Shown: positions 63,267 to 64,000 of the stretch, piece by piece
How the letters are laid out: every line of letters starts with the position of its first letter
Position numbering within the stretch: position 1 is the first letter of the stretch
Origin: a plasmid
Length of the DNA stretch: 64,000 nucleotides
Direction: 5' to 3' (one strand)
Sequence record: NZ_CP118109.1
The notes under the pieces: generated by a model
The model's database searches: none
Told to the model about the DNA's origin: nothing
Seen by the model: only the letters and a program-made list of their open reading frames with translations
Made by a program: the position numbers and the translations under genes

Positions 63267-64000
63267 ATGAGTGCTGCGCCACAAAAAAAAGTGGATAGGG
63301 ATACCCTACTCGAACATTTAAAAACCATGGCTGATGATGTTGGAGATATTCATGTATCTCCAACAGTTCTTGGTCAAGAATTTGAGGTTTCAACTGCTTC
63401 AATTACACATCATTTACGTGTACTTTCGGATGAGGGAAAGATAGTAGATACAGGACGAACAGGTCCACATAAGAAAAAAATATATCGCTTATCATCTAGC
63501 TTAATGAGGGAATCAAAAGTGCCTCAATCTAAATTAATCTATCCTACGATTAATGATGAAAGCTTTATGCAAAAAATTAAAGATAGTGTTAAACATCTTA
63601 ATATACCAAAATCCATAATCTCTTCGGAGAGTCAAATAAAAACAAATGAACATATAGATGAAAACACAATTAATCAGGAAAATTATAAAAATATTGAACA
63701 GGATGCCCCAGGCGAGGAGGAAATAATTTCCAAAAACGATTTTTCTATTAGCGAAATATCTTCAAATAATAAAGCTGAGGACTCTTCTGATAATCATGAT
63801 GAAGATGACTCTTTTAATCGATCAATTATTGAGAGAGAGAAGTCTTTAGATGATCAAATTAGAGAATTTCAGGCTAAATCTAGATCTTCATCTGCACAAA
63901 TAATGTTAGAAAAAGATGATCGAGAAATCTTATCTGTTGCTGTTGAAAGTTTAAATCAAATTCAAATGTTCTTTAAAGATTTAACAGATCAATTATCTAC
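63267..64000 (+). CDS. putative winged-helix DNA-binding protein, partial (continues past window end)
   Basis: GGAAGGAAGG RBS plus ATG 63267. VSPTVLGQEFEVSTASITHHLRVLSDEGKIV is HTH/wHTH-like. Acidic Ser-rich tail. No stop before 64000. Confidence 0.5.
   Translation, partial: MSAAPQKKVDRDTLLEHLKTMADDVGDIHVSPTVLGQEFEVSTASITHHLRVLSDEGKIVDTGRTGPHKKKIYRLSSSLMRESKVPQSKLIYPTINDESFMQKIKDSVKHLNIPKSIISSESQIKTNEHIDENTINQENYKNIEQDAPGEEEIISKNDFSISEISSNNKAEDSSDNHDEDDSFNRSIIEREKSLDDQIREFQAKSRSSSAQIMLEKDDREILSVAVESLNQIQMFFKDLTDQLS

Overview
Read from sequence alone (no searches were run), this 64 kb window looks like part of a large tailed-phage or plasmid-prophage genome from a low-GC Firmicutes-type host. 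Support for that: AGGAGG-type ribosome-binding sites (RBS), sigma-A-like -35/-10 boxes, and 4-nt ATGA/TAATG overlaps between adjacent genes. Positions 1-18260 are almost entirely minus-strand. They hold a DNA-packaging and head module (large terminase, portal, a coiled-coil scaffold-like protein and two capsid-type proteins). They also hold four tandem Gly-zipper paralogs, an actin-like ParM/ParR-type partition cassette with a perfect palindrome at its 5' end, and an operon of small proteins (two P-loop ATPases, two Cys-rich proteins, one DUF1653-like). Positions 18504-64000 are entirely plus-strand. They begin with a roughly 370-bp repeat-dense non-coding block and a 1210-aa protein carrying RNP...DNDGD motifs that resemble the double-psi beta-barrel signature of multisubunit and YonO/QDE-1-type RNA polymerases. 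After that come about 45 small early-type ORFs (including a family with the N-terminus 'MELM.AY', a LysM protein, an RNase H and a type-I-toxin-like peptide). Next are a Snf2 helicase and a contiguous E2-like / ubiquitin-like (ends in Gly) / E1-like (ThiF) cassette, the most interesting candidate system here. The rest of the strand carries an IcaA/PgaC-type GT2 synthase with a 3D-domain protein, an SSB-like protein, RecA-like, family-4-type UDG, regulators, a PAS-like protein, a radical-SAM NrdG-like protein with a Cx7Cx2C cluster, an AAA ATPase, a tandem-duplicated ThyX-like protein and a UvrD/PcrA helicase. Two non-coding motif families recur. One is a 14-bp palindrome TGTAAYGCRTTACA (10 intergenic copies at operon starts). 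The other is a hairpin element with a TAAC(G) loop followed by GGGGGCTTTTTGAA (5 copies with covarying stems plus 3 stem-less CTAACG copies at gene junctions). No tRNA, rRNA, CRISPR array, integrase, DNA polymerase or tail genes were recognised. Because no homology search was possible, all functional calls rest on motif recognition and carry uncertainty. Start coordinates may be off by a codon or two.
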